Origin: Carcharhinus longimanus
Taxonomy: Eukaryota
Direction: 5' to 3'
Length of the DNA stretch: 64,000 bases
Assembly (NCBI GenBank): GCA_030264375.1
Contig: JASCQW010000142.1
Location: 19,559,763 to 19,623,762, forward strand
Every line of letters starts with the position of its first letter. Position 1 is the stretch's first letter. Shown here one piece after another: positions 37,710 through 50,538 of the stretch. The translations under genes were made by a program, and so were the position numbers. Under the pieces are notes generated by a model. That model did not search any database. It worked only from the letters and a program-made list of their open reading frames with translations, and was not told the origin of the DNA.

Positions 37710-38347
37710 CAATTGGTAATTATCTAAAAGAGATTTCAGCGTGAGCCAAAATACTATCATATTGTGATATTGTAGATGCAAATGAAAACTCTTCATAGAA
37801 TGCAAAGTCTGTTTCCTGTTTGGGTCATTAACAAAATATGAAGAAAGGAGGAAAAGGGAAAGACCATTTAACTCACGTAGCACATTCTGTAATAATCCAG
37901 CCCATCAAATCAATACCCTTGACACCCCTTTTCATATATTTCTTTGCTTCATCCAAGCCGAATCACTATTCCAATTACTACATAATTCCATTTGAAAGTC
38001 AATCTCAGATTTGATTTACTTTATTTGATCCTACGCCTGCATTCCTCTAATCCATTCTGCAACAAAATGATCAACTCCTGTTAAATGATTCTGTACTTAT
38101 CGCATTAACTGCATGCCGTGGCAGTTCATTCTTTTTGCAATCCTCTTGTCAGGAGAATTTTCTCAGCTCAATCTTTTCTTCCATACCGTGAAACATTGCT
38201 TCTTACATTACACTTTGCATTCATTACAAAGAACCTATTAAACGTTCATTTTTTTGCAATTGCATTCATTATTTGAAATACCTCCCTCATGTTATTACCC
38301 CTCCTTTGTTCGTATAAGATTAGTCAAAGGCTGCTCAACTCCTTCTT

Positions 38348-38420
38348 AGTAAAAAGTCTGACAACACCAGGTTTTAGTCCAACCTATTTATTTGATAATA
38401 TTCTCACAAGCTTTCGGGTT
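38348..38420 (-). mobile_element. Penelope-like pLTR end with 3' half of hammerhead, running into ~1 kb gap
   Basis: Minus strand aacccGAAagcttGTGag...ggttggactaaaacctggtgttgtcagactttttact. Confidence 0.7.
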
Positions 38421-39754
38421 NNNNNNNNNNNNNNNNNNNNNNNNNNNNNNNNNNNNNNNNNNNNNNNNNNNNNNNNNNNNNNNNNNNNNNNNNNNNNNNN
38501 NNNNNNNNNNNNNNNNNNNNNNNNNNNNNNNNNNNNNNNNNNNNNNNNNNNNNNNNNNNNNNNNNNNNNNNNNNNNNNNNNNNNNNNNNNNNNNNNNNNN
38601 NNNNNNNNNNNNNNNNNNNNNNNNNNNNNNNNNNNNNNNNNNNNNNNNNNNNNNNNNNNNNNNNNNNNNNNNNNNNNNNNNNNNNNNNNNNNNNNNNNNN
38701 NNNNNNNNNNNNNNNNNNNNNNNNNNNNNNNNNNNNNNNNNNNNNNNNNNNNNNNNNNNNNNNNNNNNNNNNNNNNNNNNNNNNNNNNNNNNNNNNNNNN
38801 NNNNNNNNNNNNNNNNNNNNNNNNNNNNNNNNNNNNNNNNNNNNNNNNNNNNNNNNNNNNNNNNNNNNNNNNNNNNNNNNNNNNNNNNNNNNNNNNNNNN
38901 NNNNNNNNNNNNNNNNNNNNNNNNNNNNNNNNNNNNNNNNNNNNNNNNNNNNNNNNNNNNNNNNNNNNNNNNNNNNNNNNNNNNNNNNNNNNNNNNNNNN
39001 NNNNNNNNNNNNNNNNNNNNNNNNNNNNNNNNNNNNNNNNNNNNNNNNNNNNNNNNNNNNNNNNNNNNNNNNNNNNNNNNNNNNNNNNNNNNNNNNNNNN
39101 NNNNNNNNNNNNNNNNNNNNNNNNNNNNNNNNNNNNNNNNNNNNNNNNNNNNNNNNNNNNNNNNNNNNNNNNNNNNNNNNNNNNNNNNNNNNNNNNNNNN
39201 NNNNNNNNNNNNNNNNNNNNNNNNNNNNNNNNNNNNNNNNNNNNNNNNNNNNNNNNNNNNNNNNNNNNNNNNNNNNNNNNNNNNNNNNNNNNNNNNNNNN
39301 NNNNNNNNNNNNNNNNNNNNNNNNNNNNNNNNNNNNNNNNNNNNNNNNNNNNNNNNNNNNNNNNNNNNNNNNNNNNNNNNNNNNNNNNNNNNNNNNNNNN
39401 NNNNNNNNNNNNNNNNNAGAAATCCTGACTGTATTTAAATATGGTATTTGATATGCACTTGAACATATAGAACATTGGTCCAAGAACTTAATGTGGGATA
39501 AGGCTAAATAGTTCCTGTACAAAAGGGGAGATTTTATATGATGGCCATGTTTTTATGACCTCCTTTAATTTAAAATAGAATGTCTTGGAACAGGTGTTGA
39601 CAACATCATGCTGAATGTTGTCGAGAGACAGGCCCATATGAGTTGGTTGGTGAGAAGAAAGAGGTGCAAGCCAAGACCTAGAGAAAATCAAATGCTAGGT
39701 TTTACACCTTGACAAAAAGGAGGGGCAGCTGGTATCATTGGGTACAGAGTCCCA

Positions 39755-39875
39755 AGGTGGGATTTTCAAGCCGTGCTTGCCCCAAGGCCAGAAAATTCCA
39801 CTTGAGGTCAGCAGACCTTTGTATGGTCCGTGTCCCGCCATGATTCTCATGGTGTGCGGGAAGGGAAAGTTCCTC
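39755..39875. mobile_element. ~120 bp Harbinger-type MITE
   Basis: gggattttcaagccgtgcttgcccc...gaggtcagcagaccttt, same family as 59202. Confidence 0.6.
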
Positions 39876-40079
39876 CTTCAATCTCAGAGATGAGAGAGAA
39901 AGTGAGAGTGAATGGTGTAACATAAAAATGAATCATAAAGAATTGTTGGGTTGCGCTAATTATTTCATGGAGAAGAACCTTTCTGTAAAAAACCTGAAGC
40001 TTGCTTTCCATCGGTCACTGGGAAGTCCATTGGAATTTTCCCAAAAAAGGGTCATAATGGAGAAGAGGTCAGAGTCCAC

Positions 40080-41063
40080 CTTGCCAATCTTTTCACCAAG
40101 CTTTGCGCTGCAATCATCTGACACTCTGCATGGGATATTCTGGCTGCGCCCACCCCAGAGGATCCCATCTAAGGTCAATGAACCCACCCATTGTCCACCC
40201 CTAACCCACTACAATCCCCATGGAAGGTGGAATAGGAAAAAATGCCCCCTATCATTTTTCTTGACAGTTAGCAGCTTTGCCTTGGTATGGGGTTGGAAGG
40301 GGAGGCGAGGTGGTGGGGGTGGTGGGGCTGGTGGCGCAGGAGGTGTGGCAGAGCAGGTGAAGCCAATCCACAGATTGCCCTGATCTTCCATCTCCCCACT
40401 ACAGACATTGGAGTCCCTCCTGCTGCATGCCGACATTATCACCCCTCCCCCCATCCCCCAACACCAACACAATCCATCAGGACATCAGGGCCCTTCTGAT
40501 GGATCTGCTGGCAGACCCCGGAAACACCATCCCCCTCATCAGGACGTCCTGCACAATTCCACCCCTGCACAACACCCCTGCATGAAGCCCTTTCTCCCCA
40601 TTTCCCCGCATAGGCCCTGTGTACATAGGCACCCATCAGAATGCATAGCTCCCCCATCATAGGCCCCAGTCAAAGCCTTATCCCCACTCAGGCCCCACGC
40701 CCTTGATACTGCCCCTGGCACAGTGCCCACCTGGCACAGTGAGGCAGGTCTTGCACAATGGGCACTCTCCACCATGCTCTCAACCACCTAGGAGCTTCAA
40801 AGATTTCTGATCCCCCCACAAGGGCCATAGCGCCTGGTGGAGACCAGTTGTGAATTGCTCTTGTGTGATGACTCACTGGAGAGGTGCGAACATCCCAGAG
40901 GGAGGAGGCAGCTTTGCCACACTTGCTAATGATATGGAGGTCCAGGCACTCTGATGCTAATGAGTTTCTCGCTCTTTCTGAGCATAAAGCCGTCCTTGCC
41001 TGTAAAAAGGGACCAGGAAGGTAGCAATCCAATTTGCACCCAGCATGAATGAAAATTTTGGCC
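40080..41063. mobile_element. Probable Harbinger-type non-autonomous element
   Basis: C/G-skewed interior ending gaaaattttggcc; left TIR degenerate. Confidence 0.4.
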
Positions 41064-41229
41064 TCTCATGCTTTGTCTCGCCATGCTCACCAGCGGGCGC
41101 AGCAAGCTGGTAAGATCGCGTAGTATCTCTTTTTATAATGTATTGATCACTACATGAATCGTTCTCCTCTTGGCTAATGGCCTCTTGCATGTCACAACTT
41201 TTTCTGAGCCTTTCTTTTCTTATTTTCAG

Positions 41230-41298
41230 AATTTAACAGATGGAGCAAAAGAATCTGATTTGCATAATGGCGATGGATGTCAACATATTTTAAAACAG
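41230..41298 (+). other. Candidate 69-nt internal exon
   Basis: Long pyrimidine tract + cag; open only in phase 0 (NLTDGAKESDLHNGDGCQHILKQ); weak donor gttttg. Confidence 0.2.
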
Positions 41299-41639
41299 GT
41301 TTTGTTTTTATTAAAGTCAGCAATAAATGCTTTACAAGTTTCAGTCTTCAGTATTAACATTCCAAGTTCTTTTACATCAGAGTTCTTCTCATCTGCAAAG
41401 TCAACATTTATCAAGATGTCAAATAAAAACCTGGATGCACATAAATAACAGAAAATTTAATATGTTGAGGTAAAACATTGTCAATATATCAAAATATATT
41501 GATATCTAGTAGTGTCTTAATTGTGCAAGAATATTGACTGAGATTATTAATTGAACAGAGGCAGCAAAACATAAAAATGACAAAGTTTGCTTAAATATTT
41601 ACTCTTGATTAGCACTCAGCCACTGTTGGTAGCTATTGC

Positions 41640-42480
41640 CATTTCACACAATATTAATGCCTTTGACCATACTGTAAATCATCTCTGAGAACTTGATGAG
41701 GACACTGATTCCAAGGAAAAGGATGGCTTCACCATTCTGACAATCCTTTCCTTGATAAATTAAACAAAATAAAATAATCCAATTGTGATTGATTATTACT
41801 GGATGGATTTGTAATGAGATCTGGGTAGACATGACATTAGTCAGCATGTGACATTCAAGCCAGGATGGTAGTGGCATGTGGAGCTGCTGAATTAATGGGT
41901 GTAAATGTTCTGAGGAGCCTAGATGTGGGTATCGCATTCATGAATCTTTCCTATGTTGCTATGGGAGCATTGGGTGGAAGCCTCCTGTGCTGCATTCTGA
42001 GTTCTCTGCTTCAATGCCTCAAAGGGATGCTTAGGAACTCTGACAGCTCATTTAAAATAGTCTTGCAGTAGCACAACCATATATGACATCAAAGTCGTGC
42101 TGATGATAATCGTAGCTAGCATGTTATCCAACGGGTCTAAAGATCTCAACCGTGGCATTACAGAAAGGCATTACTTCCTTGGGCTCACACTAACATGCCT
42201 TCCAATAAACTTTATTAGTGTTATTAGCTGCTAAATTACACTGCCAAGGCAGTTTCAATCAATGATCAAATATCATCATTTTAATAGTAACCTGTGCAAG
42301 AATCTCCTGCCCCATTTTACAGCCATAAGTGATAGTGTCAATTCCTGTCACCCTTAAGCTCTGGCCCAATTGCTAGAGACTGTTTATTTCCCAACACACC
42401 CCCACCATGCCACGTATTTTCAACAGCTGTTAGATTAGTTTTTCAGGCTATATTTTTCATTTTTACGCCTCTTATAGGGT
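41640..42480. promoter_or_regulatory. Candidate conserved non-coding element cluster
   Basis: TGATTGATTA at 41786 (PBX-HOX consensus TGATNNATKR), TGACAG at 42041, CTGTCA at 42345, many ATTA. Confidence 0.4.
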
Positions 42481-42833
42481 ACAGGTAAAAATTGAAATGT
42501 TTAAAAGAGAGACATAAAAGAAAATGGAAAGAGGAAAGGAGAGCAGTTGGCCATTTTACGATAACATGCTAAAAATTAAATTAAGCTCGGGATTAGCAAC
42601 TGCTTATTCCAATGAGTGTGGTGTGTAGTCTAGCACTGATGGCTCTTGCTGCCTGGCTGCATGCTCGACAAGGGGACCAGGTGTACATGTAACCAACACC
42701 AGTTACAACTATCCTGTATTCAAGGAAAGGGAGATGCATCCAAGTCACAGCAGGTGGAAAAAATGATGTCTCCATAAATGTTTCACAGAAGAAACAATTT
42801 TCACAGAGCAGCAGGCCAGAGAGAAGACTCCAT

Positions 42834-43150
42834 GGGCGGCGCAGTGGCACAGTGGTTAGCACTGCTGCCTCATAGCACCAGCGACCTAGGTTCAATTCCA
42901 GCCTCGGGTGACTGTCTGTGTGGAGTTTGCATATTCTCCCTGTGTCTGCGTAGGTTTGCTCCAGATGCTCTGGTTTCCTCCTGTACTCCAAAGATGTGCA
43001 GGTTAGATTGATTGATCATACTAAATTGCCCCTTAGTGTCATATGGTAAATACATGGAATTATAGAGATAGGTCCAGGGTGGGATTGTTGCTGGTACCAT
43101 GAGCCAAATGTCCTCCTTCTGCAATGCAGAGATTCCATGATTCTATGATT
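42834..43150 (+). mobile_element. HE1-type V-SINE
   Basis: Full copy. Confidence 0.92.
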
Positions 43151-43634
43151 CCTGGCTTCATTGTTGCAGTTCTGGGGGTCTTAGCCCAGGAGACAGAAAA
43201 AAGGGAAGTTGTGTTTTCACAGGGGACTAGGAGACCGTCCACATACACATTGCCGAGGTAATGGAAACCCAAAGGCCCCTCTGAGGATACTGGCTCCAAG
43301 GACCTGGCTGCTGTGAAACAGGAAGTTCAATATCTTCACATATTTGGTCCTAGTCAGCTAACTCATCTTCAGATGTCATCCCTTACCCATTGTCCCACCA
43401 ATCTAACACTCCGCTCAAAACAACATATTCCATTATTCACTCATCGGTACTCAGGACTCAGACCCAACATTTAAATGCTTCATCTTATCCTCACACACTT
43501 GTCAATGTTCTCAGTCTCAAATGCAATCTCTCAGGTTACACATGGTTCCAACTACTTTGCCAAACACCCTGCAAAAAACTCACTGAAATTCTTACCTCTC
43601 TCTTGCAGGGTAGGGTTGCACATCACAGGAGACA

Positions 43635-44357
43635 TGATGTGGGTATGCCGGCGTTGGACTGGCGTAAACACAGTAAAAAGTCTGACAACACCAGGTTTTA
43701 ATAAATAGGTTGGACTAAAACCTGGTGTTGTCAGACTTTTTACTCTGTTTAATTGTGCNNNNNNNNNNGGAGAGTATGCAGACGCTACAACAACAGGTGA
43801 AGGGACACCACTCAACAATCACCAGGCAGGAGTGTTCCCTTCCTGTCGGGGAACACTTCAACAGTCAAGGACATTCATCCTCTGATCTTCGGGTAAGGGT
43901 TCTCCAACATGGCCTTCGAGGCACATCACAATGCAGAATCGTCGAGCAGAAACTGATAACAAGTTCCACACACATGAGGACAACCTCAACCGGGATCTTG
44001 GGTTCATGTCACACTACTTGTAATCGCCACGACTTGCCTGGACTTGCAAAATCTTACTAAGTGTCCTGGCTTGAGACAATTCACATGTTTAAACTATGCT
44101 TAACTTTCTCTCCACTCACATTGTCTGCACCTGTAAAGACTTGATTACCTGTTAAGACTTGCATTCCGACTGTTACCTTGTAATTAAGTTTATGTCTATA
44201 TATGTCCTATTTGTGAACCCAATTCTCCACTCAACTGATGAGGGGGAAGTGCTCTGAAAGCTCGTGCTACCAAGTAAACGTGCTGAACTTTAACCTGGTG
44301 TTGTGAGACTTCTTACTGTGTCTATCCCAGTCCAACACCAGCATCTCCACATCATAG
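43635..44357 (+). mobile_element. Penelope-like element: inverted pLTR, GIY-YIG C-terminal remnant, pLTR with hammerhead
   Basis: TSD caggagaca (43626-34/44358-66); ESMQTLQQQVKGHHSTITRQECSLPVGEHFNSQGHSSSDLRVRVLQ...EQKLI; CTGATGA..GAAagctc at 44235-44263. Confidence 0.85.
44232..44266 (+). ncRNA. Minimal type-I hammerhead ribozyme motif (degenerate helices)
   Basis: caa-CTGATGA-gggggaagtgctct-GAA-AGCT-C-gtg; intact core, palindromic helix III. Confidence 0.6.
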
Positions 44358-44652
44358 CAGGAGACAGCAGAGAACCAGTGAGGAGCAGAGACACCTGTTT
44401 CTTTGAAGTCTCTCGGAAGAGCTGGTTTTCTGAATCATATGGTTGGCAGCGCAGCAGACCAGTAGAATCCCAGCCAACATTTTCATTTCAGGCTGTAAAC
44501 AGATTGCTACGTGATAGAAATAAGGTTGATGTTAACATATCCTGAAGTGAAGGAAACACTTGATGAGGGCCACAAGGAATTATGACTTATGCAAAAGTTC
44601 AAAGGATAAAGGAAAAATCTAAAACTTGTAAAATAAATCAGCATCGATCATT

Positions 44653-44970
44653 TATAGAATCATAGAATCCCTACAGTGCAGAAAGAGGCCATTGGGCCCA
44701 TTGAGTCTGCACCAATTCTCCAACAAAGCATGCCCATGAACCTTACCTCATGAACATACCCTACCAATCCACCTAACCTACACATTGTTGGACACTAAGG
44801 GGCACTTTAGCATGCCAAATCCACCAAACCTGCAAATTGTTTGGACTGTAGGAAGAAACCCATGCAGACATGGGGAGAATATGTTAACTCCACACAGGCA
44901 CCCAAAGCCACAATTGAACCTGAGTCCCTGGTGCTGTGAGGCAGCAACACTAACCACTCTGCCACCATGG
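44653..44970 (-). mobile_element. HE1-type V-SINE
   Basis: Head, V core and tail on minus strand. Confidence 0.9.
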
Positions 44971-45364
44971 CATAATTGACTATTTCCAGGCAGCAATGTT
45001 GATAGCTCTAGTTCACAATATTTGTTTAAATAATAGTACTGAAAGCAAAATGACCAAGTTTCCAGTTCCTATCACGTTATGTGGGAATGTGAGTTTCTCA
45101 GAAGGCAGCAGGACCTAGACAGCTGAAGGCACTGTCGACAATTCTGGAGCAAAGGAAGGAGGTTGGAGTAACAACAGCTGCAGCAAATGAAAAGTTCAAG
45201 GACTATGAAATGACAAGGTTAATGAGAGATAAAGGTGTGGATTGAATTAAAAACAAGGGCAAAGAATTCTAAGTCTGGGGTGATGGGGAAGGGAAAGTGT
45301 TCTTGGTGCACTGTACAATATCACCAGCAATATTTTTGAGTAAAATGAAGTTTGTGAAGGAATA

Positions 45365-47990
45365 ATAATCTCGTCAAGTCTAGTCTTCCATCAGCAACAC
45401 CGTTTACTTACAACGTGTGTCAGGTACTGTTTCTGCAATTAGCGTGTAAAGTTCCTGTCCAGGAGTCCTTTGACTATTGGCTTGAGTGCAGCCAGCTGGT
45501 TTTAAAATCCCAGCTACTCCACTTGCTTAATAGGAGAGGTTGTAGTCTGTGCATCCCATGGGGAGATTTATTGATACTCCTGTGGCCATTATAACATGCC
45601 TCCCTCTTCCCCTGCACCCTTGTCGCAGGAGGGCCTTCTTCACTGTTTGGCTATCAGCCTGGGGGTATCCTGAAGAAAGGACCAGATCAAAGGCTGTGAA
45701 GTGGATTGTAGTCTTTCGCCTCTAAAGGTAGCACCGTGAAGCCACTGATGCCAGCTCTCCCTGAGGTCTTGCTTCAGTTGGGGTGCCACCTGTCTCTTCT
45801 GTTTCCATTTTGGAATCTGTTTCCTCATCACCTGGAAGGGTAGGCTTAAGTTCAACCTCTAGTCATTGGTTGCTACTGGCAGCAGCTGTCCCCACAGCTT
45901 ATAATGAAGCCTGTACTGGCGTGGGCTCCCTACTGCTGAGATGGTCCAGATGCTTCCTTACAATTTTGCCCTGTATTTGGACCATGTAAGACATGGGCCC
46001 TGTTTTTTTCCATTATAATCCGTTATAACCCAACCAAGACTGTTCCCAAAGTTCCCCATGTGGAGCAGATCACCAGTTTTGAACTTTCTTTCCGTTCTTC
46101 CACAATCCTTGTCCTTTTACTGCCTGTCTTGTTGGGGCTCTGCCCTTCCTGCAGGTTTTGGGAATAGTAGGCTTAATCTTGTCCAAAGCTTCCGTCCCAT
46201 TGACAATTCCACTGGAGCAATTCCTATCATTGTGTTAGGGGTTGTTCTATGGTTGAACGAAAATCACGCCAGTTTGAGCTGTATGGATGCTGCGGGTAGC
46301 TTCTTCATGCCAAGCTTAAAAGTGTGCCCGTTCAGCCAAACCATTTAATGAAACTCGCTGCTAGTAGAGGCAGTGTCATTGTCAGAGACCAGGACTTCAG
46401 GTCTCCCATGCATGCAGAAACTTTGTCATTGTTTCTCAATGGTAGCTTGGGAAGTGACGGAGATCATGCAGTGTATCTTCAACCATTTGGAAAGTGCATC
46501 AACCATAATTAAGAATATGAAACCCATAAAAGGCCTGACAAAGTCTACATTCACCTGCACCCAGGGCCTACCAGGCCACTCCCATGGATATAGGGAAGCT
46601 GAGGGAGAAACGTTTTGATTCTCTTGGCATGACTCACACTCTCTACCCAAGTTGGTAATGTCTGTGTCAAAGCTAGGCCACCATACGCAGCTCCTGGAAA
46701 ATATTTCCTTGCCATGCTTTTCTGGGCGGCATGGTGGCACAGTGGAATTTGTTTGTGCCTCACAGCACCAGGGACCTGGATTTGATTCTGGCCTCAGGTC
46801 ACTGTCGGCGTGGAGTTTGCACATTCTCCCAGTGTCTGTGTGGGTTTCCTCTGGGTGCTCTGGTTTCCTCCTACACTCAAAAGATGTAGGAGATTTAGTT
46901 GGGCTGGCCATGCTAAATTGGCCCTTAGGCGGATTATCAAGGTAAATACGTCGATCATCAGAGGTTTATTGGGTTAGGGCCTGGGTGGGATTGTTGTCGT
47001 GGGTTGAATGGCCTCCTCCTGCATTGTAGGGATTCTATGATTTCCATTTTGAAATCCCAGGGTTGCCATTCTATGACTACTGGATGTCACCTTGGACTAG
47101 GGACAATTACATGGGATCCCCAGCGAATGATGCAATCAACACTGCCCTCACCTTTCTTCAACAGATCGGGTTTTATTTCATCTGAGAGCGATCCTCTGAA
47201 TGCCCCAGTAAATATCATGTGCTTTAAGTTAGATACGACTGGGCCCTTTGATGTCCAGGCCTTTGATTTGCCTTGCAGACACCTTGCAGGGAGTCCAAAC
47301 AATTGAGGATCGTCACAGCCTCTTCCACAGCTGCTAAAAAATGCCCAGTTTATGGGCAATGTCAAACAACAGCGCGTTGGTGTTAGCTATCTGGGTCCTC
47401 CGGCTTGGAGATATTCATAAGCCACTAGTATCAGGGTCAATGCTGTATTCGGGTGAAGGCAATGGGTTAGTGCCTTGTCCTAGGAATGGCTTACGGTCAG
47501 TCATGATAATGAATTGTCTATCATAGACATATATTGATAGATTTTGTTTTAAATGCCAAAGACAACTGCCAACCCCTCTTTCTCGATCTGGGAATCAGTT
47601 TCCGAGAGGGTCTGAGAAGCATGGGCTCCTTCGTTCCATCTTTCCACCAATGTGCCAGTGCCATCTCAACCCCATAAGGGGAGGCATCGCATATCAAGAC
47701 GATCTCCTTTTTGGGATCAAAATGGGCCAATAAATTAGAGAACAAAAAAACTCCTGTTTAACGCTGTTCAAAGCCTCCACCAACAGTAGCCCCCAAGACC
47801 ACCTTTGATGCTTCTGTAGCAGGGTATGCAAGGCAATGAGTAAAGAAACCAAATTTGGAATAAATTTCCCATAATAATTCACTAACCCCGGATGGATTTT
47901 AGTTCTGTGGGATTCCACGGAGTCAGAGCCTCCTTAATGGCCTTCATCTTGTCCTGCACCAGATGCAGGCCCTTCCCTTCCATCCAATAG
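45365..47990 (-). mobile_element. Decayed Gypsy retrotransposon (pol plus 3' LTR)
   Basis: LVNYYGKFIPNL; LLAHFDPKKEIVLICDASPYG; SCVWWPSFDTDI..CESCQ..WEWPGRPWVQVNVDFVRPFMG..MVDALSKW; purine tract ggggaagagggagg before LTR starting TGTTAT at 45596. Confidence 0.9.
46724..47042 (+). mobile_element. HE1-type V-SINE nested in Gypsy integrase
   Basis: Full copy. Confidence 0.9.
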
Positions 47991-48434
47991 CCTAGCTCTC
48001 TCACGAGCATTCCTGGGCCAGTCCTGAACCACCCCCTCCCTCTGTTCCAGAGCGCCCCAATCTCCAGCACTCCCCCCACAGCAGTGATGATACCTCCCAT
48101 CTTCCCAGCAGTGATGATCCCCCTCCAACCATCCCCCCAACCCAGCAGACCACCCCCACGGGAGGCAGACTCCCCCTGGAGGCAGAATCCCCTCCCGGCA
48201 GACCAACTCCCCCAGCCAACTCCAATCACTGGCCTCCTTCCAGCTGCAACAGATCTCCATGCAAAGTGACGGCAGGACCCCCTACCCCCACCAATTGTAC
48301 CTAAGTCCTGCCCACAATAAGCCCCGCCCCTGTTCCATGCCCAGTGATAGTGAGCCCCCTTCTTGAACCACTGCAGTCTGTTGTATAGGTATGCCCGCAG
48401 GGCTATTAGGTAGGGAATTCTAGGATTTTGACCC
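47991..48434. mobile_element. Harbinger-type MITE fragment
   Basis: C-rich interior, end ggattttgaccc. Confidence 0.4.
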
Positions 48435-49509
48435 AACAACAATGAAGAAATGATGATATATTTCCCAAGCCAGGATGGTGTATGACTTGGAGGACAATAT
48501 TTGAAATGGTAGCCTTCCCATCGATTTTCTACCTGTCCATTCTAGTGTTTGGGAGCTGCAGACTGCAAGAGGGGACGAACAAGAATGGAATGGACTTGAA
48601 GGTGGATAGGAAGATTTGGGATGTGAGGGATACAAGGATGTGATTGTAGAGTATGTGAGGAACTATATAGGCTGCTCCACAAAAATTGCATCTGATCAGT
48701 GCTTGTGTGATGAACCTGCAGGTTGTTAGTTTAGTATTTCCAAGCAGGTTTAAATTGTGGAAATCAGCATTTAGGATCAAAGTTGTGCACTAAATCCAGG
48801 CTTATTATCCACACTACTCTTGGAACTGCGCCCATTTAATCCACAATTTTTCTACTCAATGGCCAAAATAAGGCCATGGTACACTAATTATAGAATCACA
48901 GAATCATACAGTACAGAAGAGGCCCTTCGGTTCATCAAGTCTGCACTGACACGTGAGAAAAACCTGACGTTCCACCTAATCACTGCATGGATTTTGGAAG
49001 GGGTAATTTAAATCAACAGAATGTGTCAATGTGCTGACTGATGTGGAGTTTGAAAATTAATCCAACATATGGTAAAATTGGGAGATTGAAAACAGAGATG
49101 TGGATCAATGTCTTAATATGGACTTCTCCACTGACTCAGCATATAAGGCTCGAACCAGATGTAATGATGTACTTTCAGAGATTCCAAGGGATTTGTCAAG
49201 AAGTCATGGAGAGCTGCAGCATGTTTGCAGCTAATTCTAGAATACCTATGCCGAGAAAAAGACTCCTTCCCCTGGGACAATTCCCCACTCTGAACCCTGA
49301 TTGGTCCCCCAGGCCTTACTCTGCTGTTTTGTCCTTAAAGGGATAATCGCTATATCAATGTAGCAACTGCCCACACAACTTATATGTAACTTCTAAGCTC
49401 CCAATTCAGGAACTGAACCCCAGTCTCCCACTTGTTAGTCACAGATACTAGCAAGGAACTCTACACCAATACAGATAAGATGGCAGCAGGTTGAGGTAGT
49501 GATCTTGGA

Positions 49510-49760
49510 AGATGGTGGAATTTGAATTCAATAAAACGAAATCTGGAATTAAGAATCTACTTGTCGGAAAAACTGATCTGGTTCGCTAATGTCCTTAGGG
49601 AAGGAAATGTGCAGTCCTGACCTGGTCGGGCCTAGATGTGACATCAGAGCTACAGCAATGTGTGTGACTCTCAACTGCCTTCTGAAATGGCCTGGCAAGC
49701 CATTACAAGGGCAACTAGGGATGGGCAATAGCCAGTGACGCCATGTTCCACAAATGAAGA
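49510..49760 (+). mobile_element. Second SINE family copy (5' truncated)
   Basis: ggtggaatttgaattcaat...gggaaggaaat...gggcaactagggatgggcaata, homologous to 893-1237. Confidence 0.75.
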
Positions 49761-50538
49761 AAGAAAAGCATTAGAGCTTGCCAGCGATGATCTTCATAAC
49801 CAACTAAACGATCCATCTCCATGGCCCTGNNNNNNNNNNNNNNNNNNNNNNNNNNNNNNNNNNNNNNNNNNNNNNNNNNNNNNNNNNNNNNNNNNNNNNN
49901 NNNNNNNNNNNNNNNNNNNNNNNNNNNNNCCAACTAAACGATCCATCTCCATGGCCCTGAAGCACATAGGAGAACTGCTGAGTGCTGTAGGTACTGAAGG
50001 CCTGCCAAATGCCTGTGAAAATGTACTCCAGTTAAGAGGCAGAAGTTAGAAAATTGAAAACTAGGTCCATTCCTAATAGAGATCTGAAGGAGAAGAGATT
50101 TAAACAAGCAACAATAGCTACAGAAAAAGCTTGGGAAAGAAAAGGAGAATGATGAAACAAGTTCACAAGTGGAACTGCTGAAATCGATTGTGAGTTTCAA
50201 TGCCAGGGCGAACTGTGCTGGTCATTATGGAGCTGAGTGGTAGTTGCAACGGCTCCTAATGGTGGCAGAAAGCTTAATGACATTTCCAATTTAAACTGCA
50301 ACTGAAATTAAATTGACCATTATAAAGAGCAGCAGACACTGACATGAACAGGTATTAATTGTAATATCAAACTAGGATATATTTCATCCACACAACAGCC
50401 CAACCGTTTCCCGTTCTGAGATGAATTTGGTGACACTTTGTCCAAAATGCAAAGAGGTCCAAAAATGTTGTATAAAGGAGGATGTTTCTTTTTGATGTCC
50501 ATATGAGAAGTTCCATTTCAAAAGGATATGGAGTGAAT

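Larger units (their letters stand above)
42790..44480 (+). pseudogene. Harbinger Myb/SANT gene remnant (copy 3) split by HE1 and Penelope insertions
   Basis: QQAREKTP|FIVAVLGVLAQETEKREVVFS...LAPRTWLL*NRKFNIF; exon 2 after ctcttgcag reads GRVAHHRRQQRTS...SEELVF once the insert is removed. Confidence 0.65.

Noticed and set aside
38289-39522. Longest ORFs in the track (348-379 aa), also those at 1223-1583, 52332-52994 and 63444-63908
   Set aside because: They are runs of X from assembly N-gaps
49800-49959. 30-bp direct repeat (ccaactaaacgatccatctccatggccctg)
   Set aside because: The copies flank a 100-N gap exactly; most likely overlapping contig ends
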